From an uncultured Planctomycetales bacterium (lineage in GTDB: Bacteria > Omnitrophota > Gorgyraeia > Gygaellales > Profunditerraquicolaceae): a DNA stretch of 40,063 nucleotides. The notes below the pieces were generated by a model that saw nothing but the letters and a program-made list of their open reading frames with translations, did no database searches and was not told where the DNA came from. This document shows positions 8,793 through 17,762 of this stretch, in pieces. A program made the position numbers and the translations under genes. Where the stretch lies: NCBI GenBank assembly GCA_964588175.1, contig CAZPNW010000054.1, positions 1 to 40,063 of the forward strand, written 5' to 3'. The number at the start of each line of letters is the position of its first letter. The stretch's first letter is position 1.

Positions 8793-8801
8793 ACTTTTGC
8801 C

Positions 8802-9767
8802 TTAGGTTAGTACTTTAATTAAATTAACCAGCCGGTTAACCTTTAAATCTTTTTTACTGATCGCGCGCTTAAAATCAACGGTAACGATCTCCCCGTTCTG
8901 AGAACCTACGGCTTTATCTTTCTGGCCTTGCACTAAAGCATCAACCGCAGCTTTCCCTAAGATAAGCGCCAGTGACCTGCTATACGCGGTAGGACGGCCC
9001 CCCCGCTGGATATGGCCCAGGACAACCGCGCGCGCTTCCAGGCTCGTCAACCGGTTTATTTGCTTTGCTATCTCAGGAGCAGAACCGGCTCCTTCGGCAA
9101 CGACAATGATCCAACTGATCTTGCCCCTCAAATTCCCTTCGACGATCTCATGACAGACCTTCTCAAGATCAAATTTCTGTTCAGGGATCAAAACCCCTTC
9201 ACACCCGCCGGCCAGGGCGACCTGAAGGGCGATAAAACCTGACCCCCTGCCCATGACCTCGACGACAAACACCCGTTCCATGGAAGTCGCTGTATCCCGG
9301 ATATTATCGATCGCCAAAAGCGCGGTATTGACCGCTGTGTCAGAACCTATTGTCACATCAATGCCGTTAATATCGTTATCTATAGAAGCCGGCACCCCGA
9401 TACAGGGCACTTTATATTTTTTATAAAAGCTATGCGCTCCGGTAAATGAACCATTGCCTCCGATAACAATAAAACCATCGATCCGGTGTTTTTGAATAGT
9501 TTCATACGCCCTCCTCTGTCCGCTCGGAGTATGGAATTCCGGGCACCGGGCTGTCTTTAAGACCGTCCCGCCTAAATTAATGATACCGGATACCGAACGA
9601 TGATCCATCGCTTTAACATCATCGTTGATCAACCCCAAATAGCCGCGCGAAACCCCTACGACTTCCAAATCCTTATTGATCGCGCTGCGCACCACGCTGC
9701 GGATCGCCGCGTTCATGCCGGGAGCGTCTCCCCCGGTAGTCAGGACTGCGATCTTTTTTATCGGCAT
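8802..9767 (-). CDS. pfkA: 6-phosphofructokinase
   Basis: PfkA family motifs are present (KIAVLTTGGDAPGMNAAIR, IVIGGNGSFTGA, PASIDNDI, VMGRGSG, GHIQRGG). The start is set to the ATG at 9767 (MPIKKIAV), preceded by GGAGGATGCT. Confidence 0.92.
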   Translation of the reverse strand: MPIKKIAVLTTGGDAPGMNAAIRSVVRSAINKDLEVVGVSRGYLGLINDDVKAMDHRSVSGIINLGGTVLKTARCPEFHTPSGQRRAYETIQKHRIDGFIVIGGNGSFTGAHSFYKKYKVPCIGVPASIDNDINGIDVTIGSDTAVNTALLAIDNIRDTATSMERVFVVEVMGRGSGFIALQVALAGGCEGVLIPEQKFDLEKVCHEIVEGNLRGKISWIIVVAEGAGSAPEIAKQINRLTSLEARAVVLGHIQRGGRPTAYSRSLALILGKAAVDALVQGQKDKAVGSQNGEIVTVDFKRAISKKDLKVNRLVNLIKVLT

Positions 9768-9866
9768 AGCATCCTCCAAGACATAAAAAACATTGCCCAA
9801 CACCTAAAAGCACATCTTAACGGGCCCCCGCCTGCGGCGACGCTTTTCCCGTATTACCCTGCGCTT

Positions 9867-11561
9867 TTATAGCCCTTCAACCTGCATATCGCGCGGATGC
9901 TCAACGACATAATTCAATATGATTTCTTTTTTGGCTTTCGGTTCTAATTCCAACTCCCAGAGACAAACGCCCTTCCTATCCTTCCAGTTCTTTTCTTTCG
10001 GCTCGGGCGTTACCTGCCCGAGTTTAACCTTAATACGGTCATCCTCTGAAACAGGCATGGCATCAAACAATTTCACTTTTATCTTTTTCGACTTATAACT
10101 CTCAACGGTGAGCTTATATTTGAACGTGGTTTTACGCGTCGGAGACGGGATCCCGCCGATAATGGTCTCATCTACTTTCTTCTCGATCTGCTCGCGTTTT
10201 ACCTTAACATTCTCATCCACGCCCAAATACAGGTCAAATTCTTCCTGCGGCCCGATATTGCCCAGATTAGAAGCCCCGACAAAATCACCATCTAAGAAAA
10301 TATTCACTCTCCCGGGGAGAAGCTGCAGGTCCTTGGCATTAGTAACCCGGCTACCCAGATAAGCCGCGGGGATAATACGCGGATAGGTGGAATATTCAAA
10401 ATCAGCCTTTAACATCTGAGTTGAAACCGCCAGTTTATGGTCTGAACCGTCTGACTTGATACTGGCTTTCTGGGGCAGGGTATAAACCACTGCCACGCCT
10501 TTTTCTTCCGCGACAGCATAAGCGGCTTCATCCTTCTTTTTTTCTAACCCTGCGGACCCTCCATTTGTTTCTGCTAATTCGTTATCGCTTTCAAAAGCCG
10601 CATATTGGCCCCGGGCAGAAGCCATCGGCATCATCTTACTGGCGCGCTGTTCATAATGGACCTGCAACGGACGTAATATCCAAGAGCTTACATAGGGAAG
10701 GTTTCCACCGGTCGACGGCTTTGCCGTTGATAAAGCGATATCGACATCCTGCCAATCTTCACCGGAGTTCTGCCTAAGGATCCCGAATGATACCAGCTCT
10801 ACTTCTGAATTCTGAAAGTTCGCCCGGGCATCGTAGATCGGCTGCCAGGAAGCGCCCCCGACCAGATACGACGCGTTTAAAATAACTTCTCCCTGTTTTA
10901 AAACCTGCAGGTCGACCACGATCGAGCGCTTCAACTTCTGCACCGGCCCGGAGATCTGGGCGAGCTCTCTCTTTAAAGCATCGATCCTCAAAGAAAGATC
11001 CCGCAGCTTGATCTCGCAATCCATAACAAAAGAAAAATTCTCTTTTAACCTTACATCAAGGAACTTTAAGGTATCCTCCAGATCCTTGACCGCAGGCATT
11101 TTCGTGATCAGTTCTTTCGGTAATTGTTCCTGGGAGAAAAAGCGCAGCGAATCCAAGAAGTTCTTTTCTTCCTGATAGACATTTTTCAGGTCGGCTAAAC
11201 TTCCCTGCTCATCTGTCAACTTCTGGATCTCATCCTGCAATTGTTTTATTCTTTCGGAAGGGACTTCTTTAAGGAATTCTTTCTTAAGCTGACAGCCTAA
11301 TATCCTGACATCGGCCTTGCCCTCTTCGGTAACCCGCAGGGAATTATCATCGACGTTGGGAATGATATTGGGGAATACGACTTTGTATTCACCGGGATTT
11401 AAGGAAAGCTGAGCCTGACGGGTCAACAATGCCTGCCCCGGATAGATCATCACCCGGGTGATCCGGGAATCCGCCTCGATCTCAGCGGCAAAACTATAGC
11501 CTGTAAAGACAGATACGAGCAAAGCCAGTGCAGCCCAAGAAACAACGCGCCCTTTCCTCAT
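9867..11561 (-). CDS. exported DUF4139/DUF4140-like (MuiA-family-like) protein with central coiled coil
   Basis: 564 aa with a signal peptide (AALALLVSVFTGYSFAAE). The N-terminal region (RITRVMIYPGQALLTRQAQLSLNPGEYKVVF...DDNSLRV) resembles the conserved TIGR02231/DUF4139 family as I remember it. A strong RBS, GGGGAGGTGGT, precedes the start. Confidence 0.6.
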   Translation of the reverse strand: MRKGRVVSWAALALLVSVFTGYSFAAEIEADSRITRVMIYPGQALLTRQAQLSLNPGEYKVVFPNIIPNVDDNSLRVTEEGKADVRILGCQLKKEFLKEVPSERIKQLQDEIQKLTDEQGSLADLKNVYQEEKNFLDSLRFFSQEQLPKELITKMPAVKDLEDTLKFLDVRLKENFSFVMDCEIKLRDLSLRIDALKRELAQISGPVQKLKRSIVVDLQVLKQGEVILNASYLVGGASWQPIYDARANFQNSEVELVSFGILRQNSGEDWQDVDIALSTAKPSTGGNLPYVSSWILRPLQVHYEQRASKMMPMASARGQYAAFESDNELAETNGGSAGLEKKKDEAAYAVAEEKGVAVVYTLPQKASIKSDGSDHKLAVSTQMLKADFEYSTYPRIIPAAYLGSRVTNAKDLQLLPGRVNIFLDGDFVGASNLGNIGPQEEFDLYLGVDENVKVKREQIEKKVDETIIGGIPSPTRKTTFKYKLTVESYKSKKIKVKLFDAMPVSEDDRIKVKLGQVTPEPKEKNWKDRKGVCLWELELEPKAKKEIILNYVVEHPRDMQVEGL

Positions 11562-11596
11562 ACCACCTCCCCTTTGTTAGATCAGACCCATCTGTT

Positions 11597-11624
11597 CACC
11601 GACAACCGATAACCGATAACCGCG
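11597..11624. repeat. tandem heptamer array (CACCGAC AACCGAT AACCGAT AACCGCG), family B orphan half
   Basis: It uses the same 7-nt word as the right arm of 3840-3871 and directly abuts the ahcY stop codon (11626-11628). I see no complementary arm nearby. Confidence 0.7.
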
Positions 11625-11625
11625 C

Positions 11626-12882
11626 TTACGTTCCCATCTCCCAGCTTGACAAATATTTCTTCTGCTCTTCAGTCAAGGTATCGATCCTTGCCCCCATTGA
11701 TCTTAATTTCAACCGGGCAATATTGGTATCGATATCTTGCGGGACCCGATAAACTTTATTATCTAATTGCTTATAATTTTTGCTGATATATTCAGCGCTG
11801 AGCGCCTGGTTAGCAAAAGACATATCCATGACACTTGCAGGATGGCCCTCTGCCGCCGCGAGATTAATTAACCGGCCTTCACCCAGAAGATAGATCCTGC
11901 GCCCGTCTTTGAGCGTATATTCATCCACAAAATCGCGTATCGTTCTTTTATTCTTCGCGAGGGACTCTAACCCGGGGATATCTATCTCTACATTAAAATG
12001 CCCGGAATTAGAAACTATCGCTCCATCTTTCATAGTCTGGAAATGTTCTTTACGGATGACATTAATATCGCCGGTGACCGTCACAAAAACTTCACCGATC
12101 TTGGCGGCATCCTTGATCGGCATGACCTGGAACCCGTCCATGACCGCCTCAATGGCCTTTAACGCCGAAACTTCCACCACCACGACATTGGCGCCCATGC
12201 CTTTGGCGCGCATGGCAATACCTCTGCCGCACCAACCGTACCCGCTGACCACCACCGTACTGCCGGCTAATAATTTATTGGTAGCGCGGATGATGCCGTC
12301 GATGGTCGACTGGCCCGTTCCGTAACGATTATCAAAAAAATGCTTAGTCTCTGCGTCGTTAACGGCAACGATCGGATAACGCAGCTTGCCTTCATCTGCC
12401 AACGCCCTCAGGCGGATGACGCCGGTTGTCGTTTCTTCAGTACCGCCGATGATATTGCTATGCGCCGAGGGGTCCCGTTTATGGATAGTGCTGACAAGGT
12501 CAGCCCCGTCATCCATGGTCATCTCCGGCTTTACCGCTAAAGCCGCTTCCATATGTTTATAATACGTTTTGGTATCTTCGCCTTTAATGGAAAACACGGA
12601 GATCTTAAGGTCTTTGGCTAAAGAAGCGGCGACATCATCCTGCGTCGATAAAGGATTAGACGCGCACAGCGTAAGCTGGGCACCGCCGGTTTTTAAGACT
12701 TCCATGAGAACAGCCGTTTCGGTAGTCACGTGTAAACAACAGGCAACCTTTAATCCGGCGAGCGGTTTTTCTTTCTTAAAACGCCCGGCGATAAGCTTTA
12801 AGACAGGCATATTGTTACGCGCCCATTCGATCCGTAACGCGCCTTTTTTCGCCAACTTCATGTCTTTAACGTCATACTTCAT
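11626..12882 (-). CDS. ahcY: adenosylhomocysteinase
   Basis: 418 aa with typical AhcY sequence (MPVL...[40 protein letters not shown] motif). RBS is AAGGGAG. Confidence 0.95.
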   Translation of the reverse strand: MKYDVKDMKLAKKGALRIEWARNNMPVLKLIAGRFKKEKPLAGLKVACCLHVTTETAVLMEVLKTGGAQLTLCASNPLSTQDDVAASLAKDLKISVFSIKGEDTKTYYKHMEAALAVKPEMTMDDGADLVSTIHKRDPSAHSNIIGGTEETTTGVIRLRALADEGKLRYPIVAVNDAETKHFFDNRYGTGQSTIDGIIRATNKLLAGSTVVVSGYGWCGRGIAMRAKGMGANVVVVEVSALKAIEAVMDGFQVMPIKDAAKIGEVFVTVTGDINVIRKEHFQTMKDGAIVSNSGHFNVEIDIPGLESLAKNKRTIRDFVDEYTLKDGRRIYLLGEGRLINLAAAEGHPASVMDMSFANQALSAEYISKNYKQLDNKVYRVPQDIDTNIARLKLRSMGARIDTLTEEQKKYLSSWEMGT

Positions 12883-12925
12883 GATTACTCCCTTTTAAAT
12901 ATAGTATTAAGATGATATGGGTTAA

Positions 12926-12967
12926 TAGTCCGCAGTCCATAGTCGATGGACCATCGACTATGGACTA
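12926..12967. repeat. heptamer-built inverted repeat, family C copy 2
   Basis: TAGTCCG CAGTCCA TAGTCGA TGGACCA TCGACTA TGGACTA. The perfect 16-bp arms are 12934-12949 and 12951-12966. Confidence 0.9.
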
Positions 12968-12975
12968 AAAACTTT

Positions 12976-14154
12976 CTATAACTTAGAGGCGTGCTTCTTC
13001 AACACAGCTGATTTATCCGTCATTTCCCATTTAAATTCAGGTTCATTCCTCCCGAAATGGCCATAACAGGCTGTCCTGCGGTATATCGGACGCAAAAGGT
13101 CGAGCGTTTTAATGATCCCGACGGGGGTAAGGTCGAAATTTTCCCTGATAAGCTTTACGAACTTTTCATCCGAAAGTTTCCCCGTATCGAAGGTATTGAC
13201 AAAGATCGATAAGGGATCCGCATAACCGATAACGTATGATAACTGTACCATGAATTTATCAGCCAGGCCCGCATCAACGATATTTTTGGCAATATATCGG
13301 CACATATAAGCGGCAGAACGGTCAACCTTGGTCGGATCTTTACCTGAAAACGCGCCGCCTCCATGAGGAACGACCCCGCCGTAAGTATCAACGATGATCT
13401 TTCTCCCCGTCATGCCGGTATCCGACTGCGGGCCGCCGATAACAAATTTTCCTGTCTGATTCACATAGTATTTCGTATGCTTATCGATCAATCCGGCCAA
13501 AACCGGCTTGGCGGCCACCTCGATCATCTCCTGGCGCGCCTTATCAGTGATATGCAGGCCCGATTTATCCAAGATATCTTCGGTATGCTGACAGGCAAGA
13601 ACGACCGAATCAACGCGCAGCGGCTTATCGTTTTCATATTCGATCGTGACCTGCGATTTACAATCCGGCCCCAGATATTTCAAAGTGCCGTTGCGGCGGA
13701 CATCAGCCATGCGCTTTACCAATTTATGCGCCAGGATTATCGGAAGAGGCATAAGCTCCTCGGTTTCACGGCAGGCATAACCGAACATGATCCCCTGGTC
13801 ACCGGCTCCGCCGGTATTAACCCCTTGCGCGATATCAGGAGATTGGCTGTTTATAGTATTCACAATAGCGCAGGTTTCATAATCAAATCCGTATTTGGGA
13901 TCCGTGTACCCGATCTCCTGGATCACCTTGCGCGCGAGCTTCTGGATATCCACATACGCGGTCGTGGTAATTTCTCCTCCCACGATCAAAAGCCCCATGG
14001 TCACATAGGTCTCACAGGCGACCCTGCTCTTTTCTTTATCTTTATCAGCAGTCAACACCTGGTCCAGGACAGCATCGGATATCTGGTCGCAAACCTTATC
14101 GGGATGCCCTTCACCGACCGACTCCGAAGTAAAAAAATGTTTCTTTATAGCCAT
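12976..14154 (-). CDS. metK: S-adenosylmethionine synthetase
   Basis: 392 aa with MetK hallmarks ([44 protein letters not shown]). RBS is AAGGAG. Confidence 0.96.
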   Translation of the reverse strand: MAIKKHFFTSESVGEGHPDKVCDQISDAVLDQVLTADKDKEKSRVACETYVTMGLLIVGGEITTTAYVDIQKLARKVIQEIGYTDPKYGFDYETCAIVNTINSQSPDIAQGVNTGGAGDQGIMFGYACRETEELMPLPIILAHKLVKRMADVRRNGTLKYLGPDCKSQVTIEYENDKPLRVDSVVLACQHTEDILDKSGLHITDKARQEMIEVAAKPVLAGLIDKHTKYYVNQTGKFVIGGPQSDTGMTGRKIIVDTYGGVVPHGGGAFSGKDPTKVDRSAAYMCRYIAKNIVDAGLADKFMVQLSYVIGYADPLSIFVNTFDTGKLSDEKFVKLIRENFDLTPVGIIKTLDLLRPIYRRTACYGHFGRNEPEFKWEMTDKSAVLKKHASKL

Positions 14155-14374
14155 AGCTGCTCCTTAAATAAGCAGATACCTTGCCCGGTCTTTTTCACAA
14201 TTGCAACCTTTTTAGAAAACCGCAAGATTACCTGCGCCTGCCCTTATGATAAAGCAGGGTTGATCCCGACACTCAATAAACACGCGTATCGAGATATTAT
14301 TATTAAACGAACTTCCCCGACCCGTACTTTGATACAGATTATTTTTTGATCGTCTTTTTACCGGAATCCTTCAC

Positions 14375-16105
14375 TTATCCCAGGATTTCCCGTAATTTAG
14401 ACTGGCTGAATTCTTCAACTTCTTTCCCGGTACACAACTCTAAAGCTCGACGGGCAATTTCCTGGACCCTCTTAACCGTGATCAGGCGAATAATATATTT
14501 TATTTCGGGGATCGCCAAAGGCGGCATGCTGAACTCATCTAAGCCCAAGCCCAATAATATAAGCACTGATGCCGGCTCACTGGCCATTTCACCGCACATA
14601 CCGACTTTTATATTTGCCGAATGAGAGGCGTCAATAACGTTCTTGATCAACCGTAAAACAGCAGGATGCATCGGTTCATACAAGTACGCCGCTTTTTCGT
14701 TGGTCCGGTCCACTGCCAAAGAATACTGGATCAAATCATTTGTCCCGATACTGAAGAAATCGGCTTCAGTCGCCAAAATATCTGCCGTCATTGCCGCAGA
14801 CGGGACTTCGATCATAGCGCCTACTTCAATATCCTTATCAAAACCTATGCCGTTGGAGCGTAATTCCTCTTTAACTTCTTCTAATATTTTCTTTGCCTGC
14901 CGCAGCTCTTCGATACCGGAGATCATCGGGTACATAAGCTTAAGCTTCCCGAACACAGAAGCCCGCAATATCGCCCGCAGCTGTAATTTAAACACATCCG
15001 GACGGGCAAGGCAAAAACGGATCGCCCGCCAGCCTAAGAACGGGCGCATCTCTTTAGGGATCTCAAATTGCGACAAGAATTTATCGCCCCCCAGATCCAA
15101 AGTACGGATGATGACCGGATGCGGCGCCATATGCTCCGCCACATACTTATAAGCCTGAAAATGCTCCTCTTCTAAAGGCAGGTCTTTTCTATTCATATAA
15201 AAGAACTCAGTGCGATACAGTCCGATACCCTGGCCGCCATGAAGCCTTACTGAAGGCACCTCGTCAGGAAACTCTATATTCCCGCTTATCTGTATAGCCC
15301 TGCCATCAAGAGTGACCGCCGGCAGGTCTTTAACGGTATAAAAACGCTCAACGATCCCTTTTAATTTCTGTTCTTCCTGCTGATACTCTTTCAGCGTTTC
15401 TTCATCGGGATTGACAATAACGATCCCCATACTGCCGTCAACGATCAACATATCGCCGCTTTTGATCTTGCTCATCGCTTCAACCGCGCCGACAACCGCG
15501 GGGATTTCAAGCGATTTAGCCATGATCGCCGTATGAGAGGTCTTGCCGCCGATATCGGTAACAAAAGCGCTGACCAATTGCTTATGCATCGCGGCAGTAT
15601 CCGACGGAGAAAGATCATGGGCGATCACGATCATGCGTTCTTTCAGGTCCTGCAAGCCTTTTTGCTCTTTCCCCAGGAGATTACGCAGGATCCGTTTGCC
15701 GACATCATTAACGTCGGCGGCACGCTCTTTAAGATACTCGTCTTCAATCTTAGAGAAAACATCGATATATTTCTTTAAAACCTCGGAAAAAATATACGCC
15801 ACATTGATATATTCTTTCTTAAGGCGGGAAATGACCTCTTCGATGATCATGCGGTCTTCCAGGACAAGAAGATGCGCATTAAAAATATCGGCTTCCTGCT
15901 GGCCGATATCATTGGAGATCTTAACCTGCAGGCCCATGATCTCTTTGCGGGTCTGTATCAAAGCTTCTTCAAAAAGCTGGATCTGAACGGGGATATCTTC
16001 CGGCGCTATATTTTGTTTGGTAATAGAGAACTCTTCCTTGCCTATTTTATACGCGGGCCCGATACTAATGCCGGAAGCGGCTGGAATACCTTGTAATTTT
16101 ATCAT
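14375..16105 (-). CDS. ptsI: phosphoenolpyruvate-protein phosphotransferase (PTS enzyme I)
   Basis: 576 aa with classical EI layout and no N-terminal GAF domain. The active-site region is GGKTSHTAIMAKSLEIPAV and the PEP-utilising C-terminal domain has GTNDLIQY. The start overlaps the ptsH stop (TAATG). Confidence 0.93.
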   Translation of the reverse strand: MIKLQGIPAASGISIGPAYKIGKEEFSITKQNIAPEDIPVQIQLFEEALIQTRKEIMGLQVKISNDIGQQEADIFNAHLLVLEDRMIIEEVISRLKKEYINVAYIFSEVLKKYIDVFSKIEDEYLKERAADVNDVGKRILRNLLGKEQKGLQDLKERMIVIAHDLSPSDTAAMHKQLVSAFVTDIGGKTSHTAIMAKSLEIPAVVGAVEAMSKIKSGDMLIVDGSMGIVIVNPDEETLKEYQQEEQKLKGIVERFYTVKDLPAVTLDGRAIQISGNIEFPDEVPSVRLHGGQGIGLYRTEFFYMNRKDLPLEEEHFQAYKYVAEHMAPHPVIIRTLDLGGDKFLSQFEIPKEMRPFLGWRAIRFCLARPDVFKLQLRAILRASVFGKLKLMYPMISGIEELRQAKKILEEVKEELRSNGIGFDKDIEVGAMIEVPSAAMTADILATEADFFSIGTNDLIQYSLAVDRTNEKAAYLYEPMHPAVLRLIKNVIDASHSANIKVGMCGEMASEPASVLILLGLGLDEFSMPPLAIPEIKYIIRLITVKRVQEIARRALELCTGKEVEEFSQSKLREILG

Positions 16106-16374
16106 TATAGTTGCTCTTCGCTGGAAATATGCTTTTCTAACTCAATAAGCGCGAGCTCTGCGTCGGCGCCTTCAGCTTCAAGTTCGATGACACTTCCTTT
16201 TTCAGCGCCCAACATAAGGATCCCCATAATAGACTTGCCGTTAACTTTCTCGTTATCGCGTATAACGGTGATCCGGGAATCGAACTTATTGGCGATCTGG
16301 ACAAAGACTGCCGCAGGGCGGGCATGCAACCCCTGGCTGTTCTGTACCACGACTTTTTTCTTAATAACCGGCAT
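16105..16374 (-). CDS. ptsH: phosphocarrier protein HPr
   Basis: 89 aa with the His15 context GLHARPA and the Ser46 context NGKSIMGIL. Confidence 0.93.
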   Translation of the reverse strand: MPVIKKKVVVQNSQGLHARPAAVFVQIANKFDSRITVIRDNEKVNGKSIMGILMLGAEKGSVIELEAEGADAELALIELEKHISSEEQL

Positions 16375-16420
16375 AATAATTACCCTCGCGCCCTTGAATT
16401 TTAAGAAAGTACCCCGGGGT

Positions 16421-16444
16421 AAAATCCCCGAGGATCTCCCGGGG
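16421..16444 (-). terminator. GC-rich hairpin plus short U tract between yvcK and ptsH (terminator or attenuator candidate)
   Basis: The minus strand reads CCCCGGGAGATCCTCGGGG followed by ATTTTA. An upstream CGGGG (about 16455-16459) and a downstream ACCCCGGGGT (16411-20) offer competing pairings. Confidence 0.4.
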
Positions 16445-16490
16445 CTAAAAATAACCCCGCATAAATACCGTAACGCCCGGATAGCCGCAC

Positions 16491-17762
16491 TTAAAGCTCT
16501 TCTTTAAAGTTAAAAATAAATCTTGCTAATTTGACCGGGTCATGGCGGATCACGTCGTTGGTTGCGACAATATCTTCCTCTAATACGCGATACCCCATAC
16601 TTTCAATATTTTTTTTATCAACGACAACCGGATACGCGTTATCCGCTTCATAGCGTTTCAAAAGCGAAGCGGGGATCTTTCCATTATTCACAAGGCAATA
16701 ATCAAAGATCTTGGGATGGCTATGCTGTAAAAGCATATTGATATGGGTAGATGCGGCATAGCCGTCAGTTTCACCGGGCTGAGTCATAACATTGCACACA
16801 TATATCTTTTTCGCCTTGGCGCCGGCGATAGCTTCAGTTATTTCCCGTATCAAAAGATTAGGGATGATACTGGTATACAGCGACCCCGGGCCCAAGACAA
16901 TAATATCCGCCTCTTCAATAGCACGTATAGCTTCAGGCGTTGCCTCAGGATATCCGGGCTTCAAGAAAACTTTTTCAATAGGTTTTAAGGCTTTCGGGAT
17001 CTTGAATTCCCCCTCCGTAATGGAACCATCCTTATGACGGGCAACAAGAGTGACATTGTTTAACGTAGAAGGAATAACCTGCCCGCGTAATGCCAGGACC
17101 TTGCTGGTCTCTTTGATCGCTTTCTCAAAATCTCCGGTCAAGCGGGTCATGACGGTAATAAAAAGGTTACCGAAATTATGCCCCTGGAGCTCTGAGCCCT
17201 CCGCAAAACGGAACTGGAACAGGTCCTGCATCAAGGTCGAAGCGTCAGCCAGCGCCACCAGGCAGTTACGGATATCTCCCGGAGGAAGAATATCAAACTG
17301 CTGGCGAAGCCTCCCGGAAGACCCTCCGTCGTCAGCGACCGTCACAATAGCAGTGATATTAGATGAATATTCTTTCAAACCCGACAAGAGGACGGCAAGG
17401 CCGGTACCGCCGCCTACCGTTACGATCTTAGGGCCATGCCCTAAGAATTTACGCTGGTATAAAACATCCACCAGCTCTCTTTCTTTAAACGTCGGGATAA
17501 AAGCTGTTATAAAAGAACGCAGCAGCCGTTTGATCGCTAAGACCAAAATAACAATACTGGAGACTACAACAACGATATCTAATGCTTGAATGACCCAGAA
17601 CTCTTCACTGCGCAAATGGCTGGAACTGATGATCAATAATACTATCCCGAAAGCCCCTAAACCGATCCAACGCTTAATTCCTATTCCCGGATACAACCAT
17701 TTAATCGCACTCTTGATCCGCGCAGTCAGCCACGTCAGCCACTTAAGCTTAAAGTTTATCAT
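16491..17762 (-). CDS. yvcK: YvcK/CofD-family (gluconeogenesis factor-like) protein with N-terminal membrane anchor
   Basis: The UPF0052 core is VTVGGGTGLAVLLSGLK...TVADDGGSSGRLR...LGPGSLYTSI. About 100 extra N-terminal residues contain two hydrophobic helices. The ATG at 17762 overlaps the ptsN stop by 14 nt. Confidence 0.85.
   Translation of the reverse strand: MINFKLKWLTWLTARIKSAIKWLYPGIGIKRWIGLGAFGIVLLIISSSHLRSEEFWVIQALDIVVVVSSIVILVLAIKRLLRSFITAFIPTFKERELVDVLYQRKFLGHGPKIVTVGGGTGLAVLLSGLKEYSSNITAIVTVADDGGSSGRLRQQFDILPPGDIRNCLVALADASTLMQDLFQFRFAEGSELQGHNFGNLFITVMTRLTGDFEKAIKETSKVLALRGQVIPSTLNNVTLVARHKDGSITEGEFKIPKALKPIEKVFLKPGYPEATPEAIRAIEEADIIVLGPGSLYTSIIPNLLIREITEAIAGAKAKKIYVCNVMTQPGETDGYAASTHINMLLQHSHPKIFDYCLVNNGKIPASLLKRYEADNAYPVVVDKKNIESMGYRVLEEDIVATNDVIRHDPVKLARFIFNFKEEL

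Noticed and set aside
13363-14349. 328-aa plus-strand ORF antisense to metK. Similar long antisense ORFs lie at 2678-3220, 4267-4785, 14643-15152, 17050-17589 and 20427-20960.
   Set aside because: Each lies entirely opposite a gene with an unambiguous conserved product. Their translations are low-complexity and rich in R, S, L and I, with no recognisable motif. They have no plausible RBS. This is typical of shadow ORFs.
14155-14374. SAM-I riboswitch upstream of metK.
   Set aside because: The conserved SAM-I core elements are not present by eye. The region is kept only as an unclassified long leader in the findings, not as a riboswitch call.
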